Below, piece after piece: positions 7,130 to 18,286 of a stretch of DNA of 42,787 bases. Both the position numbers and the translations under genes were made by a program. The stretch is from NCBI GenBank assembly GCA_001800825.1, contig MGWD01000025.1, forward strand, positions 15,303 through 58,089. The letters run 5' to 3'. Every line of letters begins with the position of its first letter. Position 1 is the stretch's first letter. The stretch comes from Euryarchaeota archaeon RBG_19FT_COMBO_69_17 (GTDB lineage: Archaea > Thermoplasmatota > Thermoplasmata > RBG-16-68-12). The notes beneath the pieces were generated by a model. It was not told where the DNA came from. It searched no databases and worked only from the letters and a program-made list of their open reading frames with translations.

Positions 7130-8892
7130 GCCGCCGCCTCCCCGAGCGCCCCGAGGACCTCCTCGTTCCTGGCGCGGACGTCCTCGTAGCGGGCCTTCGC
7201 GGCGACGAGGCTCTCCCCGAGCCGGCGGAGGGCCGCACGCCGCGCCTCCGCCTCCCGGAGGGCCCAGATGTCCATGAGGACCTCCTCGAAGGATCGCCGC
7301 TCGTCGAGGTCACCGAGGATGAGGTCGAGCTCCCCCACGACGAGCTCGAACATGTGGATCTTCCGGTCGAGGAGCTCGAGGAGGTACTCCTCCACGGTGT
7401 CCCGCGCCCACACGTTGACGACGTGGACCTCCCGGTCCTGCCCCAGACGGTGGACGCGGCCGATCCTCTGCTCGATCCGCAGGGGGTTCCACGGGAGGTC
7501 GTAGTTCACGAGGGTCCGGGCGAACTGGAGGTTGCGCCCCTCCCCGCCCGCCTCCGTGCTGAGGAACACGCGCTTGCCGCCGCGGAACCCGCGGACGGCC
7601 TCGTCCTTCGCGGGGTGCGGCAGACCGCCATGGTAGACGGCCACGGGCACGCCGTCCGCCTCGAGGCCCCCCCGGAGGTACTCCAAGGTCCGCCGGTACT
7701 GGGTGAAGACGAGGACCTTCTCGTCCGTGGACGCGAGGAACCGGCGGAGGTGGTCCGCCTTCACGTTTGCGTGGATCGCGGCCGCGCGTACGTGGAGGGC
7801 GGCGAGGCGTTCCCGCTCCTCGAACCCGAAGAGCGGACCCGCCGCCATCTTCCGGAGGGTCGCTGCGGCGGCGAACGTGCTGCTCCCGATCTCCCGCTGG
7901 AGGACGATGAGGGTGAGCCTCGCCGTGAGGGGCAGCCAGCCGCCTCCGCCCGACCACGCGTCCCGGACGAAGTCCGTGACGTCCTCGTAGAGCTCCCGCT
8001 CCTCCCGACCCAGCTCGACCGCGAGGCCGTGGACCCGCCTCGGAGGCAGGACGAAAGAGATCCCGCGGCGGTTCCTCACCATGACATCCCGGAGGCGGCG
8101 ACGGAGCTCGGGGACCCGGGCGGGGACCCGACGGTCGGGGCTCGCGACGTACCGCTCGAGGAACGTGTCGTACGTGTGGAGCTGGCCCGGCTTCAGGAGG
8201 CTCACGAGGTTGAACAGCTCGTCGAGGTTGTTCTGGACGGGGGTCGCCGTCAGGAGGAGCATGTACTTCTTCCGGAGCCCCGCGACGAAGCGCCAGTTGA
8301 GGGACGCCCGAGACTTGAGCCGATGGGCCTCGTCCACGATGACGAGGTCCCAGGTCCGCGCCTGGGCGGCCGCCCGGTGGGGCTCGCGCTTCGCCGTGTC
8401 GAGGGACGCGATGAGGAACGGGCGCCCCTCCCAGTCCCTCGTGGAGCGAAGGAGCGCGAAGGGGAGGGAGAACTTCTCCTCCATCTCCTCCCGCCACTGG
8501 GTCGCGAGGGCGGGCGGGGTGAGGACGAGGGCACGCCGGACGAGGCCCCGAATCGCGTACTCCTTGAGGACGAGGCCGGCCTCCACGGTCTTCCCGAGCC
8601 CGACCTCGTCCGCGAGGACCGCGCGGCCCCGAAGCTCCTGGAGGACCCGGAGGGCCGTCCGCTCCTGGTGCTCGTACCGCGCGACGCCGCGGAGGGTGGG
8701 CCACGCGAGGAGGACGTTGAACCCGTGGACGAGGGAGCGCCGGTGGGCCTCGAGGTTCAGCCGCCATGCTCGGGGGCCGTCCCCGGGTCCTCGGCCCGCG
8801 AGGGCGAGGACCTCCCGGTCCGCGTCGGGGGAGAGGAGGCCGGTCCGCGTCGAGGGGGAAGGCGTGGCCTCCCCAGAGGAGGCCGTCATCAT
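7126..8892 (-). CDS. SNF2/Rad54-family helicase
   Basis: Motifs DEVGLGKT (I), VIVDEAHRLK (II), LLLTATPVQNN (III) and QRIGRVHRLGQ (VI). The track ORF extends to 9000, but a TTATTATC box (minus strand, 8948-8955) lies inside that extension. I therefore prefer the ATGATG at 8892-8887 as the start. Confidence 0.9.
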   Translation of the reverse strand: MMTASSGEATPSPSTRTGLLSPDADREVLALAGRGPGDGPRAWRLNLEAHRRSLVHGFNVLLAWPTLRGVARYEHQERTALRVLQELRGRAVLADEVGLGKTVEAGLVLKEYAIRGLVRRALVLTPPALATQWREEMEEKFSLPFALLRSTRDWEGRPFLIASLDTAKREPHRAAAQARTWDLVIVDEAHRLKSRASLNWRFVAGLRKKYMLLLTATPVQNNLDELFNLVSLLKPGQLHTYDTFLERYVASPDRRVPARVPELRRRLRDVMVRNRRGISFVLPPRRVHGLAVELGREERELYEDVTDFVRDAWSGGGGWLPLTARLTLIVLQREIGSSTFAAAATLRKMAAGPLFGFEERERLAALHVRAAAIHANVKADHLRRFLASTDEKVLVFTQYRRTLEYLRGGLEADGVPVAVYHGGLPHPAKDEAVRGFRGGKRVFLSTEAGGEGRNLQFARTLVNYDLPWNPLRIEQRIGRVHRLGQDREVHVVNVWARDTVEEYLLELLDRKIHMFELVVGELDLILGDLDERRSFEEVLMDIWALREAEARRAALRRLGESLVAAKARYEDVRARNEEVLGALGEAAA

Positions 8893-9011
8893 CGGGTGGG
8901 GGTCCCTTCGCCCGCAGGGTGCGAGCGGCCGCCGCATGGCCCCCCGCGATAATAACCCCTTCGCCGGGCCCCCGACACCTTCACCCTCCGGCGCCGCCAT
9001 GCCCGGCCTTC

Positions 9012-9173
9012 ATGAACCCGATCGTCGTGATCGTCGGGCTCGTCCTGTTTGTCGCGGGGTTCTTCGTCCCCGGATGGATGGGGTGGGTCGTCCTCATCGT
9101 GGGCGTCGGGGTCCTCGCCTACGGGGCGACGATGAAAGGCAAGCCCGCGGCGCAGAAGCCCCCAGGACCCTGA
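9012..9173 (+). CDS. small two-TM membrane protein (53 aa)
   Basis: ATG at 9012, in frame with track ORF 8766..9173. Sequence MNPIVVIVGLVLFVAGFFVPGWMGWVVLIVGVGVLAYGATMKGKPAAQKPPGP has two hydrophobic helices and a basic tail. The upstream part of the track ORF is R/G/P-rich noise. Confidence 0.5.
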   Translation: MNPIVVIVGLVLFVAGFFVPGWMGWVVLIVGVGVLAYGATMKGKPAAQKPPGP

Positions 9174-9185
9174 GTGTGCCCGCGA

Positions 9186-9611
9186 TCAGGCCACGGACAC
9201 GCTCTGGATCGCGTGGTGACGGGCGATGAGGTCCCTCGAGATCCGGAGATTTCGCCCGTCCCTTCCGATGGCCCGGCCCTTCTTCGTCGACTCCACGGTG
9301 ACCGTCGCATGGACGATGTCCCCGCGCTTCTCGATCTGGACGCCTTTCACGTCGTAGTTCCGGAACACGTTGGCCACGAACTTGTCCGGCTGGTCCGAGT
9401 ACTCGACGACGTGGATGTCCTTGTTCAGCAGGCGCTTGAGCTTCGCGACGTGCTCCCCCCTCTTGCCGATCGCCTTGCCGATATCCCCCTCCTTCACGAC
9501 GAAGATCAGGCGGTCTCCGCCGATCACGCAGTCCACGACCGTCGTCCGAGTCGTGTCCTGGAACAGGGCCACGTACCGCATCGTCTGCTCGTCGAACGTG
9601 ACCTCGGCCAT
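9186..9611 (-). CDS. nusA: archaeal transcription factor NusA (two KH domains)
   Basis: Starts at an internal ATG (9611). The sequence MAEVTFDEQTMRYVALFQD...GKAIGKRGEHV...GRAIGRDGRNL carries two GxxG KH signatures. Position after rpl30e is conserved. Confidence 0.93.
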   Translation of the reverse strand: MAEVTFDEQTMRYVALFQDTTRTTVVDCVIGGDRLIFVVKEGDIGKAIGKRGEHVAKLKRLLNKDIHVVEYSDQPDKFVANVFRNYDVKGVQIEKRGDIVHATVTVESTKKGRAIGRDGRNLRISRDLIARHHAIQSVSVA

Positions 9612-9619
9612 GGGCGTCC

Positions 9620-9895
9620 CTAGGCGCTGAGGATGTTGGACTCCCCGGGGCTCAAGACGGCCACCGCGGCGACACTGAACGGCACGCCGCACGCGGCCCC
9701 GAGCTCCACGTTCGTGCCGGGGAAGCGGACGACGCGGACGTCGCCGAGGGTGCCGAGCGCGTCCTCAGGGCAGTTCGAGGCCACGACGACGAGCTTCGCC
9801 TGCCGCGCCTTGGCTGCCCACCGGACTTCGCGGATGCCGAATCGGACGTCCCCCGTGTCCGTCGCGACCTTGAGGGCACGGTTCACATCGATCAT
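9620..9895 (-). CDS. rpl30e: 50S ribosomal protein L30e
   Basis: 91 aa, [12 protein letters not shown]...[13 protein letters not shown]...[18 protein letters not shown]. Its ATG overlaps the rpoA'' stop (ATGA). Confidence 0.92.
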   Translation of the reverse strand: MIDVNRALKVATDTGDVRFGIREVRWAAKARQAKLVVVASNCPEDALGTLGDVRVVRFPGTNVELGAACGVPFSVAAVAVLSPGESNILSA

Positions 9896-11448
9896 GCGTC
9901 CACCTCCGGTTCCCGCACGACGGGGGCCGGCGGCGGGGCGGGCTTCGGGACCGGCTTCGGGAGGTTCACGGGCGGCTTGTATTCGAGGTTCACCGCGCCG
10001 GTCCCGAGGGTCACGGGCTGCCCCACGATGACGTTCTCCGCGACCCCGTCGAGGTAGTCCACCTCGCCTTGGATTGCGGCCCTGAGGAGGTGGTGCGCCG
10101 TGATCTCGAACGCGGCCCGGGCGAGGACGGACGACTTCCGCCCCGAGATCCCGTGCCGCCCGATCGCCTTCACGTCCCCGTCGTTCGTCATCATGTCGGA
10201 GACAAGCATGATGTGGCGGATGTCGACCGTGAGCCCCTGCTCCTGGAGGGTGTTGTACGCCTCGTTGATGATCGCGTTCCTCGCGGCCTCAATCCCCAGG
10301 ACCTCGTAGATCTCCTGGATCGAGTTCGTCGTCGTCTTCGCCGCGTCGACGTACGCCAGCTCGAGGATCTTGGAGAGGTTCGAGCCCTCCGTGTAGATCA
10401 CGTAGCCGTCCCCGCGCTTCTTGATGATCGCCCGGCGGATCCCGTCGATCCCCTTGATCTTCGTCGTGCGGACCTGCTCGACGAGGCGCTGGAGCTTCTT
10501 GTACGACGGCTCGCCCGCCTCGAAGACGACGGCCTTCGCCTTCTTCTCCGTCGTCCCGACCGTGCGCCGGACCTCCTCGACGGAGCCGAGTTTCTTCAGC
10601 CGCTCCTCGATCTCCGCCCACGTGACGCCGCGGGACCGGATCCGATGGTCGTCGGGGTACGCGAGGACCCGCATGTGCTCGAGGTCCGTCTCGATGTCCG
10701 CGATGTCCTCGAGGATCGTGACCTCGATCTCCGTCGCGATCTTTCGCATCTTCTCAAGATCGTTGTGCCCCGACTTCACGTGGATCTCCATGATCGGGGT
10801 CGAGGGGACCCGCCGCGCGTCGACGATCTCGATGAGCCGCGGCAGGCCGAGGGTGACGTTCATCTCTGCAACTCCTGCGTAGTGGAACGTCCGCATGGTC
10901 ATCTGGGTCCCGGGTTCGCCGATGGACTGGGCGGACACGATTCCCGCACTCTCGTTCGGGTCGATTGCGTGGATGTCGAACTTCTCGCAGACCTTCTGGA
11001 GGACCTCGAGGAGCCGCTTCCGGGAGATCTTGAGCCCCTCAATCTTGCGGGCGAGCTCGCCCACGACGGACCGAGGGAGCCAACGCCCGAGCTCCTTGAG
11101 GCCGTCCAGGACCTCCTGCTCCCCCGCCGCGAGGGGCGGGGACTTCGTGGGGATCTTGAGCGGGACCTCCGGCTCCCCTTCCACTTCCCGGGCCGCCGGA
11201 CGTCTCCGGACCTCCGCCTTCTTCGGCTTCGCGGGGACCTTCCGGGCGGGCTCCGCGGGCGGGGGGGTCCCGAGTTTCTTGAGGAGCTTGACCGCCTCCT
11301 TCTCCGAGATGAACCTCTTGAGCCGCTCGACCTTCGCGCCCTGGAGCTTCTCGAGGGTGAACCCCGCGTCCGCGAGGATCTCTGCCGTCTTCTTCGAGAT
11401 CCCCCGGTTCCGCAGGGCCTGGACCGTCGCTGCGCGCGCCACCGTCAC
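9892..11448 (-). CDS. rpoA2: DNA-directed RNA polymerase subunit A'' with an N-terminal HhH-like extension
   Basis: [23 protein letters not shown] and the rest of the A'' core are present. The GTG start at 11448 overlaps the rpoA' stop (GTGA). About 95 extra N-terminal residues precede the canonical core. Confidence 0.95.
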   Translation of the reverse strand: MTVARAATVQALRNRGISKKTAEILADAGFTLEKLQGAKVERLKRFISEKEAVKLLKKLGTPPPAEPARKVPAKPKKAEVRRRPAAREVEGEPEVPLKIPTKSPPLAAGEQEVLDGLKELGRWLPRSVVGELARKIEGLKISRKRLLEVLQKVCEKFDIHAIDPNESAGIVSAQSIGEPGTQMTMRTFHYAGVAEMNVTLGLPRLIEIVDARRVPSTPIMEIHVKSGHNDLEKMRKIATEIEVTILEDIADIETDLEHMRVLAYPDDHRIRSRGVTWAEIEERLKKLGSVEEVRRTVGTTEKKAKAVVFEAGEPSYKKLQRLVEQVRTTKIKGIDGIRRAIIKKRGDGYVIYTEGSNLSKILELAYVDAAKTTTNSIQEIYEVLGIEAARNAIINEAYNTLQEQGLTVDIRHIMLVSDMMTNDGDVKAIGRHGISGRKSSVLARAAFEITAHHLLRAAIQGEVDYLDGVAENVIVGQPVTLGTGAVNLEYKPPVNLPKPVPKPAPPPAPVVREPEVDA

Positions 11449-14234
11449 TCCTCCGCGGGAGGCTCCTCCTCCTCGACCTCGATCTCCTCCTCGCTCAGCT
11501 CGACGTACATGTCCTTCTCCGTGAGCCCGTAGGAGGCCATCTCCTGCTCCCGGAGCCGCTCCTTCCACGAGGGCTCCTCGCCGAGGACCTCCTGGAGGAC
11601 GTCATCGATGTCGACCGCGTGGCCCTGGACGCTCCGGGATGGGTCCACGCCGTCCTCGCCGAACCGGAACTGGATGATCGTGTTCGCCGTGTTCCGCACG
11701 GTCCCGTCCTCCTTGACCTTGAGGTCCTCGAGGGCGTTGATGAGCCTCCGCTGCATGTACCCCGACCGAGACGTCCGGACGGCCGTATCGACGAGGCCTT
11801 CGCGGCCCCCCATCGCATGGAAGAAGTACTCCGTCGGCCGGAGCCCGCTCTTGTACGACGATTTGACGAAGCCTTTCGCCTCGGCCCCGAGATCGCCCTT
11901 CCGGAAGTGGGGCAGGGTGCGGTTCCAGTAGCCGCGGCTGAGGCGCTCCCCACGGACAGCCTGCTGGCCGATGCAGCCTGCCATCTGGGACAGGTTCAGC
12001 ATGGACCCTCGGGCACCGGACCTTGCCATGATGACCGCGGAGTTCTCGATCCCGAGGTGCTTCCCCGCGATCTGGCCTGCCTGGTCGCGGGCCCGGCCGA
12101 GGACCTTCATCGCCTCGACCTCGAGCGTCTCCTCGAGGGACCGCCCGGGCATCTGCTCGAGTTCCCCACGCTTGTACGCCTCCACGAGCCCTTCGACTTT
12201 CTCCACGGCCTGCTTGAGGACGTCCGCGATCTGCTTCTTCGCCTCGTCAGGGATGTCCTCGTCGTCGATCCCCGTCGTGAAGCCGCGGACCATGATCGCC
12301 CCAATTGCGAGCTTCGTCGCCTTGTCGATGAACTCCCGCGCCGCGTCGGGGCCGTAGTCCCGGGCGAGCTTGTCGAGGATCTTCCCCTTGAACGCGCCGA
12401 CCGCGTTCTCGTCCACGGTGCCGGACTCGAGCTCGCCGTCCTTGATCACGACGAGGGAGTCCTCATCCCTGAGCTCCTTGAGCCCGATGTCCCCCTTCGG
12501 GGCGATGGAAGACTTGAACGTCATGCTGAGGTCCTTCGGGAGGATCATCGTGAAGAGGAGCTTCCCGGACCAGTACTCCTCCCCGCCCTTCTTGACGTCC
12601 GGCGGGGGCAGGTCCTTCACGTCGATCTTGCTCAGGATGTACGTGACCTCCTCCCGCGTGAAGCGGCTGTCCTTGTGGGTCAGGAGGAAGGCGCCCGTGA
12701 TATGGTCGTGGATCCCGCCGATCACGGGCCCGCCGAACCGCGGGGAGAGGATGTGCTCCTGGACCCGCATGAGGACCCGGGCCTCCGCCCGGGCCTCCTC
12801 GCTCTGAAGGACGTGGAGGTTCATCTCGTCGCCGTCAAAGTCCGCATTGTACGGAGGGCATACCGCGAGGTTGAAGCGGAACGTCTTGTGGGCCATCACG
12901 CGTACCTCGTGGGCCATCATCGACATGCGGTGGAGGGAAGGCTGCCGGTTGAAGAGGACGATGTCCCCGTCGACGAGCTGCCGCTCGACCGTGTAGCCCA
13001 GCTCGACGGCCTCCGCGACGACCTCCGCATTCTTGTCCGTGACCCGGATCCTCCGGCCGTCGGGCCGAATCACGTAGTTGACCCCGGGGACGTACTCCCC
13101 GAGGGCGCCCAGGGGCGCGGGGCCGCGCTTGACCCACTGCTTGACGATATCGAGGTTGTACGTCTGGACGTGGACGGGCACTGTGAGCTCGCGGGCCGCC
13201 TCCACGGGGACGCCGACCTCGTTGATCGAGAGGATCGGATCCGGGGAGATGACCGTCCGCGCGCTGAAGTTGACCCGCTTCCCGGAGAGGTTCGAGCGGA
13301 AGCGGCCCTCCTTGCCCTTGAGGCGCTGGACGAGGGTCTTGAGGGGCCGTCCCGAGCGGTGCCTCGCGGGCGGGATTCCCGACGTCTGGTTGTCGAAGTA
13401 TGTCGTGATGTGGTACTGGAGGAGCTCCCACAGGTCCTCCACGATGAGCTGGGGCGCTCCAGCGTCCCGGTTCTCCCGGAGCCGCTGGTTGATCCGCAGG
13501 ACGTCGACGAGCTTGTGGGTGAGGTCGTCCTCCGAGCGGTCGCCGGACTCCAGGGTGATCGACGGGCGGACGGTCACGGGCGGCACGAGGAGGGCCGTGA
13601 GGACCATCCACTCGGGCCGTGCGACCTCGGGGTTCATCCCGAGGACCCGGAGGTCCTCGTTCGGGATCCGCTCGAGGCGCTCCCGGACCTCCTTCGGGGT
13701 GAGTTTGTGGCCGTCCTCCCGGAACGTCGTGGGTTTGTCGAGGGTGACCTTCCCCTGCTCCTCCCCGCAGTGGGGACAGCGCTGCCGCTTCGTTGCCTCC
13801 TTCGCCGTCTCCTTCGAGACGAGCCCGACGTCGGTCACGTCGCCCCCGAGCTCCTCGACTTGCTCCATCTCCGCTATGTACTCCATCGCCTGCTGGCGCG
13901 TGAGGAGGAGCCTCCCGCAACGGCGGCATGTGGCCTGGAGGAGCTTCTTGATGTCCTTCACGTACCCGACGTGGATCACGGGCATCGCGAGGTCGATGTG
14001 GCCGAAGTGCCCGGGGCAGTCGTCGACCTTGCCGCCGCACGTCTTGCATCGCAGGCCGGGCTCGATGACTCCAAGATGGGAGTCCATGAGGCCCATATCG
14101 ATGGGGAAGCCGTCGTCGTCGTACGTGTCCGCCGTGATGATCTTCGTGGCCGACATCCGACGGATCTCGTCCGGACTCAGGAGGGCGAACTTGATCGCCC
14201 GGATCCGCTTCGTGACCCCGCGCATGGACATCAT
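11445..14234 (-). CDS. rpoA1: DNA-directed RNA polymerase subunit A'
   Basis: Zn-binding [18 protein letters not shown], the catalytic [10 protein letters not shown] motif, and 929 aa from the ATGATG at 14234. This start overlaps the rpoB stop. The upstream 55 aa of the track ORF are noise inside rpoB. Confidence 0.97.
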   Translation of the reverse strand: MMSMRGVTKRIRAIKFALLSPDEIRRMSATKIITADTYDDDGFPIDMGLMDSHLGVIEPGLRCKTCGGKVDDCPGHFGHIDLAMPVIHVGYVKDIKKLLQATCRRCGRLLLTRQQAMEYIAEMEQVEELGGDVTDVGLVSKETAKEATKRQRCPHCGEEQGKVTLDKPTTFREDGHKLTPKEVRERLERIPNEDLRVLGMNPEVARPEWMVLTALLVPPVTVRPSITLESGDRSEDDLTHKLVDVLRINQRLRENRDAGAPQLIVEDLWELLQYHITTYFDNQTSGIPPARHRSGRPLKTLVQRLKGKEGRFRSNLSGKRVNFSARTVISPDPILSINEVGVPVEAARELTVPVHVQTYNLDIVKQWVKRGPAPLGALGEYVPGVNYVIRPDGRRIRVTDKNAEVVAEAVELGYTVERQLVDGDIVLFNRQPSLHRMSMMAHEVRVMAHKTFRFNLAVCPPYNADFDGDEMNLHVLQSEEARAEARVLMRVQEHILSPRFGGPVIGGIHDHITGAFLLTHKDSRFTREEVTYILSKIDVKDLPPPDVKKGGEEYWSGKLLFTMILPKDLSMTFKSSIAPKGDIGLKELRDEDSLVVIKDGELESGTVDENAVGAFKGKILDKLARDYGPDAAREFIDKATKLAIGAIMVRGFTTGIDDEDIPDEAKKQIADVLKQAVEKVEGLVEAYKRGELEQMPGRSLEETLEVEAMKVLGRARDQAGQIAGKHLGIENSAVIMARSGARGSMLNLSQMAGCIGQQAVRGERLSRGYWNRTLPHFRKGDLGAEAKGFVKSSYKSGLRPTEYFFHAMGGREGLVDTAVRTSRSGYMQRRLINALEDLKVKEDGTVRNTANTIIQFRFGEDGVDPSRSVQGHAVDIDDVLQEVLGEEPSWKERLREQEMASYGLTEKDMYVELSEEEIEVEEEEPPAEE

Positions 14235-17200
14235 TTGAGGTCCTCCAGTTGGAGGCGCATGGCCACGCCCAGGGACAGGAGCTCGTCGAGGAGGAGCTTG
14301 AACGCGTACGATGTCTGCACGGGGTAGATCTTCGAGGTGTTCTCGCAGACAGGGCAGCGCAGGGCGCCCTTCCGGTCCTTGATCGCGAAGTGGCCGCATT
14401 CCAGGTTCCCGCAGACGTATTGGATCGTGCCGTCGGACTCATCGAGGAGGCGGTCCTTGATGACCATCGCGGCCCCGTGGCCGATGAGGCAGTCGCGTTC
14501 CATCTCCCCGAACCGGAGGCCGCCCTGGCGGGACCGACCCTCCGTCGGCTGCCGCGTGAGGATCTGCACGGGCCCGCGGCTCCGGACGTGGAGCTTCCCG
14601 GACACCATGTGGTGGAGCTTCTGGTAGTAGATGACCCCGACGAAGATCTCGGCGGGGATCATCCGGCCCGTCTTCCCATCGTAGAGGATCTCCTTCCCGT
14701 TCGAGCGGAAGCCGTTCTCCTCGAGAGCCCTCCGGAGGGCGTCCTCCCGCTCCCCGGAGAACGGTGTGCCGTCGATGAAGCGGCCCTCCATGGATCCGAC
14801 CTTTCCGCCGATCTGTTCGAGGACGTGGGCGACGGTCATCCGCGATGGGATCGCGTGAGGGTTGATGATGAGGTCAGGGATGATCCCCTGGGCCGTGAAG
14901 GGCAGATCCTCCTGGGGGGCGATGAGCCCGATCACACCCTTCTGGCCATGGCGGGACGCGAACTTGTCCCCGAGTTCGGGGACTCGTAGGTCGCGGACCT
15001 TCACCTTCGCGAGCTTGGAGCCGTTCTCGGACTCCGTGAGCATGACGGAGTCGACCCAGCCGCTCTCCCCGTGCCGCACGGTGATCGACGTCTCCCGCCG
15101 CTTCTGGGGCGTCAGGAAATCCGTCTCCTCCTCGAGGAAGCGGGGCGGGCTCGTCTTCCCGATAAGGACGTCCCCGCCCGTGACGAGGACCTCGGGCGAG
15201 ATGAGCCCATCGTCGGGCGTGAGGTTCGCATACGACAGGTCGGCGCGGGCCCCGCGCACGTCGGGCGAGGGGATCTCGAAGTGGTCCTCCTGCCCGCCCG
15301 GGTAGCGGCGCTCCTCCGCGCGGTACGTGCGCATGAACGAGGAGCGGCCGAGGCCGCGGTCGATGGAGGCCTTGTTCATCACGATCGCGTCCTCCATGTT
15401 GTACCCGTGGTACGACATGACCGCGACGACGAAGTTCTGGCCCGCGGGCCGCTCGTTGAAGGAGACGTACGGCATCGAGGCCGTCTGGACGAGGGGTTTC
15501 TCCGGATAGTGGAGGAGATGGCTCCGCGTGTCGGGCCTGGCGCGGTAGTTCGAGGCGCCGAGGCCCAGAGACTGCTTCGCCATCCCCGCGCCCATCGTGA
15601 CCCGCGGGGAGGAGTTGTGCTCCGGATAGGGCACGAGGCCCGAGGCCACGCCCAGGATGACGAGGGGATCCACCTCGAGGTGGCTCGTCTCCTTCGTGAT
15701 GTGAGACTTCACCCGGAACGTCTTGCGGCAGTGGCGGCACTCGAGCTCGACGTCCTCTTCCCGGGACCCGAGGTTCACCCACGTGACGTCGTTCCGGGAC
15801 AGGGGGTGCTTGCACTCCTTGCACCGGGGCGGGACGTCATACGGGTAGATCGCGATGAACGCGTCCTCCTCTTCCTCGGCGTCGATCCATTCGACGACCC
15901 CGTTCCGCACGAGGTCGGAGAAGCGGGAGCGTCCGAGCTTGAGGTCCTCGAGGTGCTTCTTCGAGAGGACGAGGTGGCCGTCCTTCACGACGAGAAGGGG
16001 CCTGCGGATGCGGCCCTCGTCGCAGTTGATGATGATCTCGCCCATGTTCTCGTCGTAGCGCACGTTGACCTCGTGGCTGAGGAGTCCTGAACGGCGCCGC
16101 TCCCGGATCTCGGAGACGAGCATCGTTGGATCCTCATGGAGGCCCACGAGGTCCCCGTTCACGTAGACGCGAGTGAGGTCGCTCTGCTGGCCCTTGACCT
16201 GCTTCGTGCCGAGGTCCGCGAGGAGGAGCTTGACCTCGTCCTCGGGGAAGCCCTCGGAGACGTCGATGACCAACGCACAGTTCTTGACGAGACCACAATT
16301 CTGGCCTTCCGGCGTCTCGTTCGGGCACAGCCGGCCCCACTGGGTCGGGTGCAGGTCCCGCGCCTCGAAGTGGGGCTGGGACCTCGTCAAAGGGGACGTG
16401 ACCCGGCGCAGGTGACTGAGGGTCGACATGTTCGACGTCCGGTCGAGGAGCTGGCTCACCCCGGCGCGGCCGCCGACCCAGTTCCCCGTCGCGAGGGCGT
16501 GGAGGAGCCGCTGGGTCAAGAGGTCGGGGCGGATCGCGGACGCAATCTTGAGCTCCCGCCGCCGGGCGTAGGACCGCTCGAGCTGGTACTTGAGGTCCTT
16601 CACGAGGTTCGCGAAGGCGACGCGGAAGAGGTCCTCCATGAGGTCCCCCGCGAGCTTCAGGCGCTTGTTCGCGTAGTGGTCCTTGTCGTCCTCCCGTCGC
16701 ATCCCGAGGGAGAGCTCGAGGACCGTCCTCGCGACGCGGCCCAGGAAGATCGCCTTCTTGATCCGGTCCTCCCGGGTGTCGCCGAGGTGGGGGAGGAGGG
16801 AGCGATCGAGGATCGATTCGACCTTCTTGATCCGGTACTCCTTCGCCTGGCCCGTGGCGAACTTCTTCTCGAGGTAGTTGATCGCGTCGTCCTTCGTGAG
16901 GATGCCGTTCGGCGGGTACAGCTTCTTGTTCTTGACCTCCTCGATGTTCGCGTACACGATGTTCGCCATCGCGGGGGTCGAGACGATCGCGTTGTGGATG
17001 TCCTCGTCCTTCTCCATCCCCAGTGCCTTCATGAGGATGATGAGGGGAATCTGACCCGAGGCGGTTGGGACGGAGACGATGAGCATGCCGTCCTTCTTCT
17101 TCTCCATGAGGGTGAGGGCCCTGTACCCCTCGCGCTGGGAGAAGACCTTCGCGACCTCGACCTTCCGGCCGTACCGCTCGTTGAACTCAACGAGGACGCG

Positions 17201-17824
17201 GTTCGGGGCGAGGTCCTCGAGGCTGATGAGGGTCCTCTCCGTCCCGCCGATGATGAAATACCCGCCGGGGTCGTAGGGGTCCTCCCCCTTCTCGACGAGC
17301 TTTCGCTGGTACTCATCGTGGCTGAGCTCCCCCTCCGTCTCGAGGTTCTCCTTGTACAGGAGGCACTTCTTCGACTTGACCATGATCGGGAGGTTCCCGA
17401 CGTGGACCTGTTCCGGTTCCCGCTCGATCCCGTTCTCGATGACCGTGAAGTCGAGGTAGATCGGAGCCGTGTAGTTCAGGTTTCGGAGGCGCGCCTCCAT
17501 GGGGCTCAGGGCGTGAGTCGCCCCGTTCGCCTCCTTGACGACGGGGAGGCCGAGCTTGATCGTGGGCTTCGCCTCCATGTCGATCCGTCCGCGCTCGTCC
17601 CGCTTGCGCCCGATCCGGATCTCGATGACGTCCCCTTCCGTCCGGTCCTCGTCGAGGCGGATGATCCCCCGCCGCTCGTCCTCCGGCGAGGAGCGGTGGT
17701 TGTCCACGATCCGCTGCATCCTCGAGTTCGGGTTGTCGATCGTGGGGAGGAAGTCGTTGAACGACGCGATGTGATGGTTCACAATAGAGCGTTCCCGAAA
17801 GAACGCGTCGATGAGTTCCCGCAT
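14231..17824 (-). CDS. rpoB: DNA-directed RNA polymerase subunit B (unsplit, 1197 aa)
   Basis: Full-length single ORF with SRHGQKG, GEMERD and a C-terminal Zn ribbon (CGNLECGH...CPVC). There is no B'/B'' split. Confidence 0.98.
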   Translation of the reverse strand: MRELIDAFFRERSIVNHHIASFNDFLPTIDNPNSRMQRIVDNHRSSPEDERRGIIRLDEDRTEGDVIEIRIGRKRDERGRIDMEAKPTIKLGLPVVKEANGATHALSPMEARLRNLNYTAPIYLDFTVIENGIEREPEQVHVGNLPIMVKSKKCLLYKENLETEGELSHDEYQRKLVEKGEDPYDPGGYFIIGGTERTLISLEDLAPNRVLVEFNERYGRKVEVAKVFSQREGYRALTLMEKKKDGMLIVSVPTASGQIPLIILMKALGMEKDEDIHNAIVSTPAMANIVYANIEEVKNKKLYPPNGILTKDDAINYLEKKFATGQAKEYRIKKVESILDRSLLPHLGDTREDRIKKAIFLGRVARTVLELSLGMRREDDKDHYANKRLKLAGDLMEDLFRVAFANLVKDLKYQLERSYARRRELKIASAIRPDLLTQRLLHALATGNWVGGRAGVSQLLDRTSNMSTLSHLRRVTSPLTRSQPHFEARDLHPTQWGRLCPNETPEGQNCGLVKNCALVIDVSEGFPEDEVKLLLADLGTKQVKGQQSDLTRVYVNGDLVGLHEDPTMLVSEIRERRRSGLLSHEVNVRYDENMGEIIINCDEGRIRRPLLVVKDGHLVLSKKHLEDLKLGRSRFSDLVRNGVVEWIDAEEEEDAFIAIYPYDVPPRCKECKHPLSRNDVTWVNLGSREEDVELECRHCRKTFRVKSHITKETSHLEVDPLVILGVASGLVPYPEHNSSPRVTMGAGMAKQSLGLGASNYRARPDTRSHLLHYPEKPLVQTASMPYVSFNERPAGQNFVVAVMSYHGYNMEDAIVMNKASIDRGLGRSSFMRTYRAEERRYPGGQEDHFEIPSPDVRGARADLSYANLTPDDGLISPEVLVTGGDVLIGKTSPPRFLEEETDFLTPQKRRETSITVRHGESGWVDSVMLTESENGSKLAKVKVRDLRVPELGDKFASRHGQKGVIGLIAPQEDLPFTAQGIIPDLIINPHAIPSRMTVAHVLEQIGGKVGSMEGRFIDGTPFSGEREDALRRALEENGFRSNGKEILYDGKTGRMIPAEIFVGVIYYQKLHHMVSGKLHVRSRGPVQILTRQPTEGRSRQGGLRFGEMERDCLIGHGAAMVIKDRLLDESDGTIQYVCGNLECGHFAIKDRKGALRCPVCENTSKIYPVQTSYAFKLLLDELLSLGVAMRLQLEDLK

Positions 17825-17827
17825 GCC

Positions 17828-18121
17828 CTACCTCCCGATGACCAACCGATACGCTTCCGATACGCCCGCCGTGCTGCTGACCCGCGTGACGCGGATGATC
17901 CGCCCTTCCTCAATCGGCCCCTCGATCCTCTCGAGGACCTGGATCACGGGATCGCTCCGGCGGATCTTCGGGAGCTGGTCGCGGGTGATCCGGAGGGCTT
18001 TCAGGGTCTTCTCCGCCTCTTCCTCCGGAACGAGGCGGTGCTCTGGCACGAACTGGTGCTCCAAGACGTTGAACCTCAAGGGGGGTCCTCCCTGGGCGGC
18101 CTGGTCTGTCCCACCTGGCAT
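17828..18121 (-). CDS. rpoH: DNA-directed RNA polymerase subunit H (Rpb5 homologue)
   Basis: FNVLEHQFVPEHRLVPEEEAEKTLKALRITRDQLPKIRRSDPV...RVSSTAGVSEAYRLV. The true start could be the internal TTG (LRFNV, near 18079). Confidence 0.9.
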   Translation of the reverse strand: MPGGTDQAAQGGPPLRFNVLEHQFVPEHRLVPEEEAEKTLKALRITRDQLPKIRRSDPVIQVLERIEGPIEEGRIIRVTRVSSTAGVSEAYRLVIGR

Positions 18122-18156
18122 GTCACCGTTGCGGCCGCCCTACGGGCCCGCGGGGA

Positions 18157-18189
18157 CTTTCGGGGTCCCCGCACGGGCCGCGGGGCCCT
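18157..18189 (-). other. predicted tRNA intron 3 (33 nt, position 59/60, hBHBh')
   Basis: Central helix U54UCG57 paired with CGAA, bulges AA|A and AG|U, inner helix GGG/CCC, plus a 6-bp CCCCGC/GCGGGG hairpin. Confidence 0.72.
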
Positions 18190-18211
18190 TTCGAACCCCG
18201 GACCACCCGGT

Positions 18212-18242
18212 CTCTCTCCAGCCTCCTTGGGGGAGATGTGGT
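18212..18242 (-). other. predicted tRNA intron 2 (31 nt, canonical position 37/38, hBHBh')
   Basis: Central helix C32UUU35 paired with AGAG, bulges UA|A and AG|A, inner helix CCA/UGG, plus a CUCC/GGAG hairpin. Confidence 0.75.
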
Positions 18243-18259
18243 TAAAAGCCGGATGCTCT

Positions 18260-18286
18260 TTCTAGGGGCGACGGGATCGCCGTCCT
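18260..18286 (-). other. predicted tRNA intron 1 (27 nt, position 20/21, relaxed BHB)
   Basis: Sequence AGGACGGCGAUCCCGUCGCCCCUAGAA. The central helix is exon CUAG paired with intron CUAG. The bulges are GU|A and AA|A. The D stem forms the outer helix but is interrupted by A14 and G15. Confidence 0.6.

Noticed and set aside
10069-18265. Long plus-strand ORFs opposite the RNAP operon (10069..11532, 11619..14327, 14249..14989, 15071..16090, 16136..18265) and out-of-frame minus ORFs (12835..14442, 14874..15824)
   Set aside because: They are antisense to, or frame-shifted relative to, rpoA'', rpoA', rpoB and rpoH, whose translations are unmistakable. The shadow ORFs are E/D/R/L/P/G-rich and have no motifs.
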